Source: an uncultured Candidatus Saccharibacteria bacterium
GTDB taxonomy: Bacteria > Patescibacteriota > Minisyncoccia > Phycocordibacterales > Zambryskibacteraceae
NCBI GenBank assembly: GCA_964618905.1
Contig: CAZUDK010000002.1
Location: 482 to 64,481 of the forward strand
Length of the DNA: 64,000 nt
Direction of reading: 5' to 3'
The notes beneath the pieces were generated by a model that was not told where the DNA came from, did no database searches, and worked only from the letters and a program-made list of their open reading frames with translations. This document shows positions 18,744 through 27,547 of the stretch, piece by piece; position 1 is the stretch's first letter; each line of letters begins with the position of its first letter. The position numbers were made by a program, and so were the translations under genes.

Positions 18744-19319
18744 TTAACCTTTAGAAGCCAAAACTTTAAGAGCATGCTTAACTCTCTCTGAAGCGCCTTC
18801 GATTTCTTGAGAAATTTCTTTAAGTGCATCACGGGCATCTTTCTCTGTGTATCCAAGAGATACCAAGGCTTCGAGAGCATCACTCTCTGCACGCAAATCT
18901 CCAACGGATTCGTTTTCTTTCAAGGCAAGCTTGTCTCGGAGCTCGATAACTATTTTTTCTGCATTCTTTTTACCTATGCCTGAAACTCGGGTCAGATATG
19001 AAGTATCTCCGCTTGAGACTGCTTGTCGTAGCATGACAGGGGTAGCGACATTTAATATGCCAAGAGCTGTGCGCGGGCCAATGCCTGAAATGGTTATCAA
19101 AAGTTCAAATACATCTAAATGCTCTTTGTCTGAAAAGCCGAAAAGATCGAGTGAATTTTCTCTCACCACCTGATGTGTCCATAGGAATATGGAGTTGCCT
19201 ATGTCAGCATCTAAAGTTAAGTCTGTAGGTGTATGCACTTTGTAGCCAACTCCCCCCACATCCACTATAAGAGAATGCATGTCTTTGTATCTAACTGTAC
19301 CTGAAAGGCTTGATATCAT
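18744..19319 (-). CDS. ruvA: Holliday junction DNA helicase RuvA
   Basis: Trimmed to the internal Met (MISSLSGTV...); OB fold and HhH (ISGIGPRTA), C-terminal domain III. Confidence 0.85.
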   Translation of the reverse strand: MISSLSGTVRYKDMHSLIVDVGGVGYKVHTPTDLTLDADIGNSIFLWTHQVVRENSLDLFGFSDKEHLDVFELLITISGIGPRTALGILNVATPVMLRQAVSSGDTSYLTRVSGIGKKNAEKIVIELRDKLALKENESVGDLRAESDALEALVSLGYTEKDARDALKEISQEIEGASERVKHALKVLASKG

Positions 19320-19345
19320 GTTGTAATTAGTGTAGCATTCTCCGC

Positions 19346-19609
19346 ATGCCAATAACACGAGGAGCTAAGAAGGCCTACAGAGCGTCTCTGACAAAGCGCT
19401 CTTTCAATCTTGCCAGAAAGGCCAATGTCTCCAAAGAAGTTAAATCTCTAAAGAAGCTGGTAGCTGCCGGCGATAAGAAAGGTGCTGAGGAACAGATGAG
19501 GTCTGTACAGAAGGCACTCGACAAGGCAGCCAAGGCAAACACATTAGACAAGAATACTGCCTCTCGCAGGAAGTCTCGCTTGGTCAAAATTATTAAGAAA
19601 ATCTCCTAG
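19346..19609 (+). CDS. rpsT: 30S ribosomal protein S20
   Basis: 87 aa basic, AKKAYRASLTKRSFN... Confidence 0.9.
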   Translation: MPITRGAKKAYRASLTKRSFNLARKANVSKEVKSLKKLVAAGDKKGAEEQMRSVQKALDKAAKANTLDKNTASRRKSRLVKIIKKIS

Positions 19610-19681
19610 TGCTCCCGGCAGGAATCGAACCTGCATCGTATCTTCCGCAAAGATATATCCTATCCATTGAACGACGGGAGC
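19610..19681 (-). tRNA. tRNA-Arg (anticodon read as GCG)
   Basis: Acceptor GCTCCCG/CGGGAGC, D-loop AATGGATAG (Arg-like), anticodon stem TATCT/AGATA, loop TTGCGGA, T-loop TTCGATT; abuts the rpsT stop. Confidence 0.7.
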
Positions 19682-19764
19682 GTTTAACGCCGTTTAGATT
19701 ACCACATAGCAATTATAACCCCAAGCACCGCCACAGCCGATGAGTTTCTTGCTAGAATATTTTA

Positions 19765-21555
19765 ATGCAACAAAAATCTTCTACCAGTATCCCTAGCACG
19801 CCATTTTCATTTATATGGTTTTCAGTAAAACCTTATTGGAAGTGGCTTTTTGCTGCGATAGTGCTGGCCTTCTTGAACCAGTTATTCAGCGACCTGACTC
19901 AATATGCTCTCAAAGGTTTTGTAGATTCTGCGTATTTGTACGAGCAAGGCTCCAGTTCTCTACAAACGGTATTCTTGTGGATTTTTGCCGGTCCAGCACT
20001 TCTTCTGCTAACAGTGATCGTGATAAGAACAAACGGCTTCATGATGAACTATCTAACTGTTCACGCTCGCACCAGTGCGATAAAAAGGCTTTTTGAATAT
20101 CTGTCTCTCCACAGCTTGTCATATTTCAACAATAGATTTTCCGGAACTCTTTCAAGCAAGGTTAATATTATCTCAGGAAATATTTCTCGCCTTATAGGCC
20201 ATTTTGTTCATAGCATTTTAGGAACTTTGTTTTCACTAGGCATAACTCTACTGCTTATAGGTTCTGCTTCCAATACCTTGGCGATAATGTTCGCTTCAGG
20301 TTTTGCGATGCTTATACCCATTAACTTCTTCCTTACTAGAAAACAAATAAGGCTTTCCGAGAAAATGGCAGAAACCAAAGCAAGGTTGCAGGGGCAGGTT
20401 GTAGATGCCGTGATGAATATCGCTGCCGTTCAGCAGTATGCAAGGCGCAACCATGAACTGGATAGGTTGGAGCAGGCTATAGATGAACATCGAGAAGCAG
20501 ACGTTGAGGGCAACAATTTCCGGGAGAAGGTGCTTGCCTTTAATAATGTAATCGTTTGGGTATTTATTTCTGTGATTGTTGTCTGGGCATTTGTGCTTTG
20601 GTCCAGAACTGAGATAAGCGCCGGCGAGCTGGTGATGATAACAACTCTTACTATGGGATTCATGAGGATTCTGACTCATATTGGCCAGCATCTAAACAAC
20701 ATTATGGAATTTTACGGTGAGGTGAAAAACGGCTTGAATGAAATTGTTCAGCCGCACAGTATTATCGACAAGACTGGTGCCAAAAAGTTGGAGATAAGTG
20801 GGGGTTCTGTCAGCTTCCAGAATGTCGCATTTACTTACGACCGAGACAGCAGGGGAATATTCGGGGACCTATCTCTTGAGGTAAAAGGAGGAGAAAAGGT
20901 TGGCATAGTAGGTACGAGTGGAGCAGGTAAAACCACTCTCATGAAGCTCCTTCTGCGCCAGCATGATGTAAGCGGCGGAAGCATTGCCATAGATGGCCAG
21001 GATATAAGAGATGTTACGCAGAATAGTTTACGCGGCAATATCTCGGTCGTACCGCAAGAGCCGATGCTGTTCCATCGCACTATTCGTGAGAATATTCTCT
21101 ACGGCAAGCTTGATGCTACTGAAGAAGAAATGATAGAAGTGGCCAAGAAAGCTCAAGCACATGATTTCATAGAATCCTTACCTGACAAATATGATTCGTT
21201 GGTGGGTGAGCGCGGGGTTAAACTCTCTGTCGGTCAGAGGCAGCGCATAGCTATTGCTCGAGCTTTTCTTAAAAATGCCCCTATTCTTATTCTTGATGAG
21301 GCGACAAGCGCTCTGGACAGCGAGAGCGAAGTAGCTGTACAGGAGTCATTACATGCTCTGATGGAAGGTAAAACTGTCTTCGCTATTGCTCATCGCCTTT
21401 CAACACTCCGTGAAATGGATAGAATACTCGTGTTTAAAGAAGGAGAGATAGTTGAAGATGGTACGCATCAAGAGCTTTTGAAAAATAAGAAAGGAGTCTA
21501 CACTTCGCTCTGGGAACATCAGGCGGGGGGATTTATAAAAGAGGATGAAAATTAA
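19765..21555 (+). CDS. ABC exporter, fused permease/ATPase (MsbA/multidrug type)
   Basis: 596 aa; 6 TM then NBD with Walker A GTSGAGKTT, signature LSVGQRQR, Walker B ILDEATSALD. Confidence 0.9.
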   Translation: MQQKSSTSIPSTPFSFIWFSVKPYWKWLFAAIVLAFLNQLFSDLTQYALKGFVDSAYLYEQGSSSLQTVFLWIFAGPALLLLTVIVIRTNGFMMNYLTVHARTSAIKRLFEYLSLHSLSYFNNRFSGTLSSKVNIISGNISRLIGHFVHSILGTLFSLGITLLLIGSASNTLAIMFASGFAMLIPINFFLTRKQIRLSEKMAETKARLQGQVVDAVMNIAAVQQYARRNHELDRLEQAIDEHREADVEGNNFREKVLAFNNVIVWVFISVIVVWAFVLWSRTEISAGELVMITTLTMGFMRILTHIGQHLNNIMEFYGEVKNGLNEIVQPHSIIDKTGAKKLEISGGSVSFQNVAFTYDRDSRGIFGDLSLEVKGGEKVGIVGTSGAGKTTLMKLLLRQHDVSGGSIAIDGQDIRDVTQNSLRGNISVVPQEPMLFHRTIRENILYGKLDATEEEMIEVAKKAQAHDFIESLPDKYDSLVGERGVKLSVGQRQRIAIARAFLKNAPILILDEATSALDSESEVAVQESLHALMEGKTVFAIAHRLSTLREMDRILVFKEGEIVEDGTHQELLKNKKGVYTSLWEHQAGGFIKEDEN

Positions 21556-22022
21556 AACCCCAAATATTCCAAGAATTTTTCTACCCAAGGAAGCTCGTGA
21601 TATTCCTCTTCAAGAAATTTTGATAAGTTCGAGTGCAGCTTATCTACATCTGTTTTGTCTCCCAAAGGAACTACTATAAGAGGCATAAAAAATTTTTTTG
21701 ATTTCAAAAGTATTTTTGGATGTGAGTGCTCTTCATCTATCCAGAAGGATTGCAGGGTCGAATATGGGTAGAATATGTTTTCTCTAGTAATACCTTTTTC
21801 TGTAACTGAGACATCTATGATCTCGGGCTCGTGATTAAGAAAGAGGGTCAGAGAAAAAACGCTTATCAATATTAAGATGGCAAGTATGATGTTGCCAAAA
21901 ATGATAAGGGTGATGGCTATGGCTGTGACGATTATGCCCATGGCCCAGAACCAGTCGGCGCTGCGCTCCTTGTGTTCATATTCCGGCGCACCCCATTCCA
22001 TTTTGAAGGATTCTCTGCGCAT
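21552..22022 (-). CDS. Hypothetical membrane protein (2 TM + soluble domain; possibly a bacterial PH-like DUF304 type)
   Basis: 156 aa; two N-terminal hydrophobic helices. Confidence 0.35.
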   Translation of the reverse strand: MRRESFKMEWGAPEYEHKERSADWFWAMGIIVTAIAITLIIFGNIILAILILISVFSLTLFLNHEPEIIDVSVTEKGITRENIFYPYSTLQSFWIDEEHSHPKILLKSKKFFMPLIVVPLGDKTDVDKLHSNLSKFLEEEYHELPWVEKFLEYLGF

Positions 22023-22044
22023 GTTTGTAAAATAATTTTAGCAC

Positions 22045-22090
22045 ATAAAAAACAACACCCTGCCAGATTGCACAGGCTGGCAGGGTGTTT
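22045..22090 (-). terminator. Rho-independent terminator (caccctgccag...ctggcagggtg, then T-run on the minus strand)
   Basis: 11-bp stem; the minus-strand reading ends in TTGTTTTTT. Confidence 0.7.
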
Positions 22091-22104
22091 GACGGGAGCT
22101 GCCG

Positions 22105-22536
22105 TCAGGCCGCAGGAGGCAGGGGATGAAGCTCGGCAGTGAGCTGATCTTCGAATTTCTCAATGGCGGACAGCATCGATTCGATTCTCTTCATGGTTGT
22201 GAGTGGGGGTGAATTGCGGTGCATGCCGTCGATATAGAACTTGAGATCCTTGAGAGCAACTATGGCAGTGCCATTTCCTGGAGAAGTGTCTGTGAAGGAC
22301 TGGATAATTCCATCGAGCTGCCCGTCATACATCTTGGCAGTCTCGTCTTCGAGCCAGTGCCGGGTTTGCCGTTCGTATTGAGGATAAGCAACAAGCTCCT
22401 CGCGAACCTTCACCAATGCTTTCTTCAGAGCAGCGATGTCATTCCCGATTTGTCGCAGAATCTTCACCTGCCTGTTCCTTTTGGCGCGCTCGAAGGAGAT
22501 AGGCACAGAATTGCTGACGCGCATAGCTGCCTCCAA
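22105..22536 (-). CDS. Hypothetical protein, GC-rich orphan gene
   Basis: 143 aa (likely start MRVSN...); about 50-57% GC against about 40% nearby; sits next to tRNA-Ser. Confidence 0.4.
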   Translation of the reverse strand: MEAAMRVSNSVPISFERAKRNRQVKILRQIGNDIAALKKALVKVREELVAYPQYERQTRHWLEDETAKMYDGQLDGIIQSFTDTSPGNGTAIVALKDLKFYIDGMHRNSPPLTTMKRIESMLSAIEKFEDQLTAELHPLPPAA

Positions 22537-22605
22537 TTCAAGGATTTAAGAAGAACGCGATGACTAATAAAATCATGCCACAACTCATCAGTAAAGGCTA
22601 ATGTT

Positions 22606-22693
22606 TGGCGGAGGGGGTGGGATTCGAACCCACGGTGCCTTGCGACACTCTTGTTTTCAAGACAAGTGCGATAGACCACTCTGCCACCCCTCC
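22606..22693 (-). tRNA. tRNA-Ser (anticodon TGA), CCA encoded
   Basis: GGAGGGG acceptor, anticodon loop CTTGAAA, long variable arm, T-loop TTCGAAT, 3' GCCA. Confidence 0.85.
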
Positions 22694-22733
22694 TGGTTTG
22701 AATATCAAAACACAAGAAATTTCTTAAAGCAAT

Positions 22734-22973
22734 CTATCTCTCATCTACCACTTCCACTTCGTATTTTCTAGCAACGAAGAAGTAATAAATTATTTCCAGT
22801 ATTCCAAGTGTGTTAAGTACCAAGATTGCAACAAACCAGTATCTTTGTCTCAAGCTGGCAGCTTTCCATAAAGCTAAACCTTTCCAGAAAAGTATCCATA
22901 ATACTAATCCAACAAGGACAATTGGGTGCATCCCAAACCAGTCAGCGGCGCTGTTTATAGATTCTGTAGTCAT
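22734..22973 (-). CDS. Small hypothetical membrane protein (79 aa, 2 TM)
   Basis: Hydrophobic; W/Y-rich. Confidence 0.4.
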   Translation of the reverse strand: MTTESINSAADWFGMHPIVLVGLVLWILFWKGLALWKAASLRQRYWFVAILVLNTLGILEIIYYFFVARKYEVEVVDER

Positions 22974-23032
22974 GTATTAATAATACATCAGAAAAGAAGC
23001 AGTTTCTAATAAAAACTGCTATATTCAAACAG

Positions 23033-23410
23033 ATGAGATTGATAGGAATAGATTACGGAGAGAAGCGGGTCGGCATAGCTTCTACGGATGAATCCGGAGA
23101 ATTTGCTTTGCCTAGGGAAGTTTTACCCAATGATGAAAATCTCTTTAAGAAAGTCTTGGATTTGATAGAGAAGGAAGGGGTTGAAGCTGCTGTCTTAGGT
23201 GAATCAAGGAATTTGGACGGCACGCCCAATCCCATAATGAAAAAAATTCTTGATTTCAAATCCGAGCTTGAAGAAGCTGGTGTAAAAGTTTTCTTGCATC
23301 CGGAAGTTTTCACAACCATGGAAGCACGCCAGCTTCAAGGGCAGACTGGTATGACAGATGCTTCTGCAGCGGCGCTAATACTTAAAAGTTTTATTGATTC
23401 AAACAAATGA
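23033..23410 (+). CDS. yqgF: Putative pre-16S rRNA nuclease YqgF/RuvX (RuvC-like)
   Basis: MRLIGIDYGEKRVGIA N-terminus. Confidence 0.8.
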   Translation: MRLIGIDYGEKRVGIASTDESGEFALPREVLPNDENLFKKVLDLIEKEGVEAAVLGESRNLDGTPNPIMKKILDFKSELEEAGVKVFLHPEVFTTMEARQLQGQTGMTDASAAALILKSFIDSNK

Positions 23411-23739
23411 CAATCTCTATAGATGATTTCAAAAAAGTTGAGATAAAAATCGGCAAGATACTTTTTGTCGAACCGATAGAAAAGAGCGACAAGCTCCTCA
23501 AACTCTCAGTAGATTTTGCAGAAGGGGAGCCTCGCCAAGTACTCTCCGGTATTAAAAAATATTTTTCGCATCCTGAAGATCTTGCCGGTGTGAAATGCGC
23601 TTTCGCTACAAACCTCGAGCCAAGGCAGATGATGGGTATGGAAAGTCAGGCAATGCTCCTTGCTGCCTCTTCAGAAGATGGCGCTTTTTCTGTTTTGAGA
23701 GTTTCAGATGAGATTCCTGCCGGTACTAAGATAAACTAA
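23407..23739 (+). CDS. Standalone tRNA-binding domain protein (CsaA/Trbp111/MetRS C-terminal-like OB fold)
   Basis: 110 aa; FKKVEIKIGKIL...KLLKLSVDFAEGEPRQVLSGI pattern. Confidence 0.7.
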   Translation: MTISIDDFKKVEIKIGKILFVEPIEKSDKLLKLSVDFAEGEPRQVLSGIKKYFSHPEDLAGVKCAFATNLEPRQMMGMESQAMLLAASSEDGAFSVLRVSDEIPAGTKIN

Positions 23740-23745
23740 ATGTAG

Positions 23746-23829
23746 TGGGCACGAGAGGATTTGAACCTCCACCCCCTTGCGAGGACTGCGACCTGAACGC
23801 AGCGCGTCTACCAATTCCGCCACGTGCCC
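23746..23829 (-). tRNA. tRNA-Leu (anticodon CAG)
   Basis: GGGCACGTGGCGGAATTGGTAGACGCGCTGCGTTCAGGTCGCAG...; near-identical in its 5' half to E. coli tRNA-Leu(CAG); long variable arm. Confidence 0.85.
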
Positions 23830-23870
23830 GTGCAAAAAGAATACAATATGTGGTAATATCGTGCCATTCA

Positions 23871-23943
23871 GGGCGATTAGCTCAGTTGGTAGAGCAATCC
23901 GTTTACACCGGAAAGGTCGGGGGTTCAAGTCCCTCATCGCCCA
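23871..23943 (+). tRNA. tRNA-Val (anticodon TAC)
   Basis: GGGCGATTAGCTCAGTTGGTAGAGC...anticodon loop TTTACAC...GGTTCAAGTCCCTCATCGCCCA. Confidence 0.85.
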
Positions 23944-24172
23944 CAACGACTCGCGAGAAGAGCGAGCAAGCTCTTCGAGTGAAATGTCGTTTTGTAGCGA
24001 AGAGGTACTTGAAAGCCGGAGCGCGTCGGCGCGAGGCGGGGTCGAGCAAATTTTCAGCAGAAAATTATGCGTGACCAAGTCCCTCATCGCCCACCATGCT
24101 CCCTGTCGCTAAGGCGGCGTGAGCTGCACTCGGATATAATGAACGAGCCAGCTCCTTCATTAATCTTCGTTT
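23944..24172. repeat. Structured GC-rich spacer holding a 19-nt copy of the tRNA-Val 3' end (24076-24094) and repeat copy A (gcgtcggcg...aattttcagcagaaaattatgcgtg...gctccct)
   Basis: Exact 19-nt duplicate caagtccctcatcgcccac; hairpins gaagagc/gctcttc and aattttc-agca-gaaaatt; homologous to 55855-55950. Confidence 0.6.
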
Positions 24173-24244
24173 GCTCCCGTAGTTAAATGGATATAACGAC
24201 TCCCTTCTAAGGAGTAGTTCTAGGTTCGATTCCTGGCGGGAGCA
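24173..24244 (+). tRNA. tRNA-Arg (anticodon TCT)
   Basis: GCTCCCGTAGTTAAATGGATATAAC...anticodon loop CTTCTAA...GGTTCGATTCCTGGCGGGAGCA. Confidence 0.85.
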
Positions 24245-24245
24245 C

Positions 24246-24989
24246 ATGACTAATTTGGACTCCTACATTCTATACGAAGACGAACACATCCTTGTAATCA
24301 ACAAACCTGCTGGACTTGTAGTGCATCCGGATGGCGGGACAGAAGAGCCGAGCGTATCCGAGTGGTTTGCTCTAAAGTATCCGCAGTCCAAGAATGTAGG
24401 TGAGCCAATGAATGTCGGAAATGGAAAGATAATTGAGAGGCCGGGTGTAGTGCATCGGATAGATAGAGAAACCAGCGGAGTGCTTCTTCTTGCTAAAACT
24501 AATCAAGGTTTTGATGTACTAAAGAAGCAATTTCAAAACAGAGAGATAGAAAAGATTTATCATTTTTTTGTATATGGATTGGTAAAGGATGATTTCGGTA
24601 CAATCCGGCTCTCTATTGGCAGAAGTGCATCGAACTTCAAAAAGAAGTCTGCTGAAAAAGGCGCCAGAGGAGAAAAGAGGGAAGCGCTGACATATTTCAA
24701 GACTCTTAAAAGACTGCCTGAGGAAAAAGCTACGTTTGTTGAAGCAAAACCCAAGACCGGCAGGACGCATCAGATACGAGTGCATTTCAAAGCCATTCAT
24801 CACCCGCTTGTTGGAGACAAGTTATATGCTCCGAAGAAGCCTCTACTCCTTGGTTTTGACCGTTTGGCTCTGCATGCTCGTTCAGTATCTTTTATAAATG
24901 TCTCCGGCCAAGAAATTAAAGTGGAAGCCCCATATCCTGAGGATTTTCAGAATGCTCTCGACAAGGTTGAATATATTGTGTTAGATTAA
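24246..24989 (+). CDS. RluA-family pseudouridine synthase
   Basis: 247 aa; [16 protein letters not shown] catalytic Asp motif. Confidence 0.8.
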   Translation: MTNLDSYILYEDEHILVINKPAGLVVHPDGGTEEPSVSEWFALKYPQSKNVGEPMNVGNGKIIERPGVVHRIDRETSGVLLLAKTNQGFDVLKKQFQNREIEKIYHFFVYGLVKDDFGTIRLSIGRSASNFKKKSAEKGARGEKREALTYFKTLKRLPEEKATFVEAKPKTGRTHQIRVHFKAIHHPLVGDKLYAPKKPLLLGFDRLALHARSVSFINVSGQEIKVEAPYPEDFQNALDKVEYIVLD

Positions 24990-25435
24990 TGTCCACTATG
25001 AATAGAGTATTATCACCAGTAAAGATAGAAGACAGACAGAAAATCGACTTCCGAGCCGGAGACACAGTTCGCGTCTGGCAGAAAATCCAAGAAAAAGGAA
25101 AGACTCGCCTGCAGGCTTTTGAGGGTTTAGTGCTCGCTCGCAAGCATGGCAAGGAAGCAGGAGCTACCTTTACCGTGCGCAGAGTAAGTTCCGGCGTTGG
25201 AGTAGAAAAAGTTTTCCCGCTCTATTCTCCTATGATAGATAAAATAGAAGTTCTCAAGCGTTCAAAGGTTCGCCGATCCAAGCTTTATCACATCAGAGAA
25301 AAGGCTGCCAAGGATATCCGAAGACAAATGAGAAATATTCGATTGGCTAAAGACGAGCCGGAAGATGATGTCCTGGAGGCAGAAATTTCCGAAGCTCCAG
25401 AAGAGGCAGTTGAAGAAACTTCGGAGGAAAAGTAA
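24989..25435 (+). CDS. rplS: 50S ribosomal protein L19 with acidic C-terminal extension
   Basis: FRAGDTVRV...[12 protein letters not shown] core. Confidence 0.85.
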   Translation: MSTMNRVLSPVKIEDRQKIDFRAGDTVRVWQKIQEKGKTRLQAFEGLVLARKHGKEAGATFTVRRVSSGVGVEKVFPLYSPMIDKIEVLKRSKVRRSKLYHIREKAAKDIRRQMRNIRLAKDEPEDDVLEAEISEAPEEAVEETSEEK

Positions 25436-25472
25436 TATAAACTTGTCCTCTTTGGTAAATATATAAGGCTTT

Positions 25473-25555
25473 GCGCGGGTGTTGAAATTGGTAGACAAGC
25501 ATCCTTGAGGTGGATGTGCCCTTAGGGCGTGGAGGTTCAAGTCCTCTCCCGCGCA
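25473..25555 (+). tRNA. tRNA-Leu (anticodon GAG)
   Basis: GCGCGGG acceptor, D-loop AATTGGTAGAC, anticodon loop TTGAGGT, long variable arm. Confidence 0.8.
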
Positions 25556-25658
25556 CAAAAAACCGAGGGTTTTCGAGAAGTTCTAGTCCTCTACGTGACC
25601 AAGTCTTCTGATAATGATATAAAAGAATTCCCGCTAGGCTATAATTAGCTGGCAAGAT

Positions 25659-25731
25659 GGTGCCTATGGTGTAACGGTTAACACTCAAGTTTGTGGAACT
25701 TGCAATTCGGGTTCGATTCCCGGTAGGCACC
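25659..25731 (+). tRNA. tRNA-His (anticodon GTG) with encoded G-1
   Basis: G-1 pairs with discriminator C73; U8; D-stem GTGT/ACAC; anticodon loop TTGTGGA. Confidence 0.8.
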
Positions 25732-25735
25732 CAAG

Positions 25736-25924
25736 ATACAAAATTGATTGTCCTTTCTAATGAAGGGCAATTTTGTTATCTTAAGAAAAGCTAAACGGGA
25801 ATCGAACAGGAAGGGGGTCGGGGAAACTCTAGTTTCCCCGTGGAGGAAGGCAGGGCGAAGCCCGTCGGAAAACCGAGGGTTTCCGAGGAGTGAGATAGCG
25901 TAGCGTCCCGGTAGGCACCCAAAA
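25736..25924. repeat. Spacer downstream of tRNA-His: hairpin (ggggaaac/gtttcccc), module aaaaccgagggtt(t/c)ccga(g)gag (also at ~25557), and a 17-nt duplicate of the tRNA-His 3' end at 25906-25922
   Basis: Direct repeat tcccggtaggcacccaa at 25718-25734 and 25906-25922. Confidence 0.55.
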
Positions 25925-26509
25925 ATGAAAATAATTGGAATAGATTTGGATGATACTCTTCTTAACTTGAATGGAACATTCATCAAATTCCTTAACTTAA
26001 ATTATGATACGGCTTATGCAAGAGAGAATTTAACTTCTCCATTTTTTGAGGAATCTTTTGATATTACTAAAGAAGATGTATTGAAAAGGCTGCATGAATT
26101 CTATAACTCCGAACACCATGCAGAAGCAGAGCCTATCGAAGGCGCTCCAGAAGCTCTGGCAAGATTAGCTGAGGCAAATGAACTTCACATTGTTACAGCT
26201 TCGCCGGAAGAGATGAAAGATAGGATTGAGGCATGGTTAGGGAAGAATTTTACAAACAGGTTTAAGGGAATTCACTTCACCAGGAAAAGCATTTTTGATA
26301 ACTCAGTGAGAAATAAGAAGGACATTTGTGCAGAACTGGGGATTGAAGTGTTTATAGATGATGCTTTGCATAATGCTGAGGATATATCTTCAGCTGGTAT
26401 ACCTGTTTTTCTTCTGGATTCACCTTGGAACCAGAAATCAATAAATTCTCCTCTTGTAACTAGGGTTCATTCTTGGGATGATATAATTAATAAACTAGCA
26501 ATAAACTAG
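25925..26509 (+). CDS. HAD-superfamily 5'(3')-deoxyribonucleotidase-like hydrolase
   Basis: N-terminal IGIDLDDTL (DxD motif), FIDDALHNAE. Confidence 0.6.
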   Translation: MKIIGIDLDDTLLNLNGTFIKFLNLNYDTAYARENLTSPFFEESFDITKEDVLKRLHEFYNSEHHAEAEPIEGAPEALARLAEANELHIVTASPEEMKDRIEAWLGKNFTNRFKGIHFTRKSIFDNSVRNKKDICAELGIEVFIDDALHNAEDISSAGIPVFLLDSPWNQKSINSPLVTRVHSWDDIINKLAIN

Positions 26510-26555
26510 ATAGTAACGAAAGACTTATCATCTCGTCCTAATAAATACATAAAAC

Positions 26556-26930
26556 ATGGCAATTTACAGAACCACAGATCATGATGAGATCCGCAAATGG
26601 GTAGAAGAGAAAGGCGGAGAGCCTGCCGTTATCAAAGGTGTCAGCGGGTCAGAAGGTGAGGGAATATTAACATTGGTTTTTGGTCAGCCGGGGCCGGATG
26701 TGCAGGTCATCAGTTGGCAGGAGTTTTTCAACACTTTTGAAGACAACGAGTTGCGCTTTAGGTATGAGGATCCTGTACCTGCAGATGAAGCAGGTTGGGA
26801 TTTTGGATTCGAAGGCAGGGATGAACCTATGGATGAAAATGATGAGACGGAACTTCCGGAGGAAATGGATGATGTGGATGAAAATATGTTTCCTAGTGCT
26901 CCGGCCGATGAAGATGGCAGGATTCTATAG
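26556..26930 (+). CDS. Hypothetical protein with acidic C-terminal tail
   Basis: 124 aa; MAIYRTTDHDEIRKWVEEKGGEPA...; no confident family. Confidence 0.4.
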   Translation: MAIYRTTDHDEIRKWVEEKGGEPAVIKGVSGSEGEGILTLVFGQPGPDVQVISWQEFFNTFEDNELRFRYEDPVPADEAGWDFGFEGRDEPMDENDETELPEEMDDVDENMFPSAPADEDGRIL

Positions 26931-26986
26931 GTGCCAGACTAACTTTCTCAGCTAGATGCCTCAGCTTCAGCAAGCTATAATGAGAC

Positions 26987-27547
26987 ATGGCTCGAGTTAG
27001 GTATCTTCATCATATTTTGCGCGATACTCTTATCGTTCTTGCTAGCATAGTTCTTGCATACCTTCTTTTAAAAGAAGGCGCTATAGAAAGTTTCTTAGCT
27101 TCTACAGGAGACTCGCTTATAATCTCAAGCTTCCTGGCGGGAGCATTTTTTACTTCAATCTTCACCATAGCGCCTGCGGGGGTGGCGCTTGTAGCCATCG
27201 GCCAGTCTTATCATCCGCTAGCTGTCGCTCTCTTTGGTGCATTGGGAGCTATGTGTGTTGATCTCGGTTTGCTTCTGCTCGTTAGAAAAGATTTAACGAG
27301 TGCTGAGATGATAGCTGGCAAGGTATTTCGTTTCCGCAGGCTTATTATCAAAGGTTTTCACTTTGGTTTGCTTAAATGGTTTGCATTTATTGCAGGCATA
27401 TTTCTTATAGCTTCTCCTGCCCCTGACGAGGTAGGGCTGTTTCTCTTAGGTGCTTCCAAGATTAATTCTAAATTGCTGCCTGCTGTTTTCTTTACAGCTA
27501 ACTTTTTAGGTATTTGGGCGATTCTGTCTATTGCAGCCGCTCTGTAA
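26987..27547 (+). CDS. Hypothetical integral membrane protein (about 5 TM)
   Basis: 186 aa hydrophobic. Confidence 0.45.
   Translation: MARVRYLHHILRDTLIVLASIVLAYLLLKEGAIESFLASTGDSLIISSFLAGAFFTSIFTIAPAGVALVAIGQSYHPLAVALFGALGAMCVDLGLLLLVRKDLTSAEMIAGKVFRFRRLIIKGFHFGLLKWFAFIAGIFLIASPAPDEVGLFLLGASKINSKLLPAVFFTANFLGIWAILSIAAAL

Noticed and set aside
22464-22715. Track ORF 22464..22715(-)
   Set aside because: Overlaps tRNA-Ser(TGA) almost completely
23704-24247. Track ORFs 23704..24087(-), 23745..24074(+), 23777..24112(+), 24065..24247(-)
   Set aside because: They lie across tRNA-Leu, tRNA-Val and tRNA-Arg and the GC-rich repeat spacer. Their reading frames come from the tRNA and hairpin sequence and have no coding character.
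25262-25986. Track ORFs 25262..25558, 25347..25730, 25678..25986 (all minus)
   Set aside because: Antisense to rplS and running through tRNA-Leu(GAG), tRNA-His and the repeat spacer; artefacts
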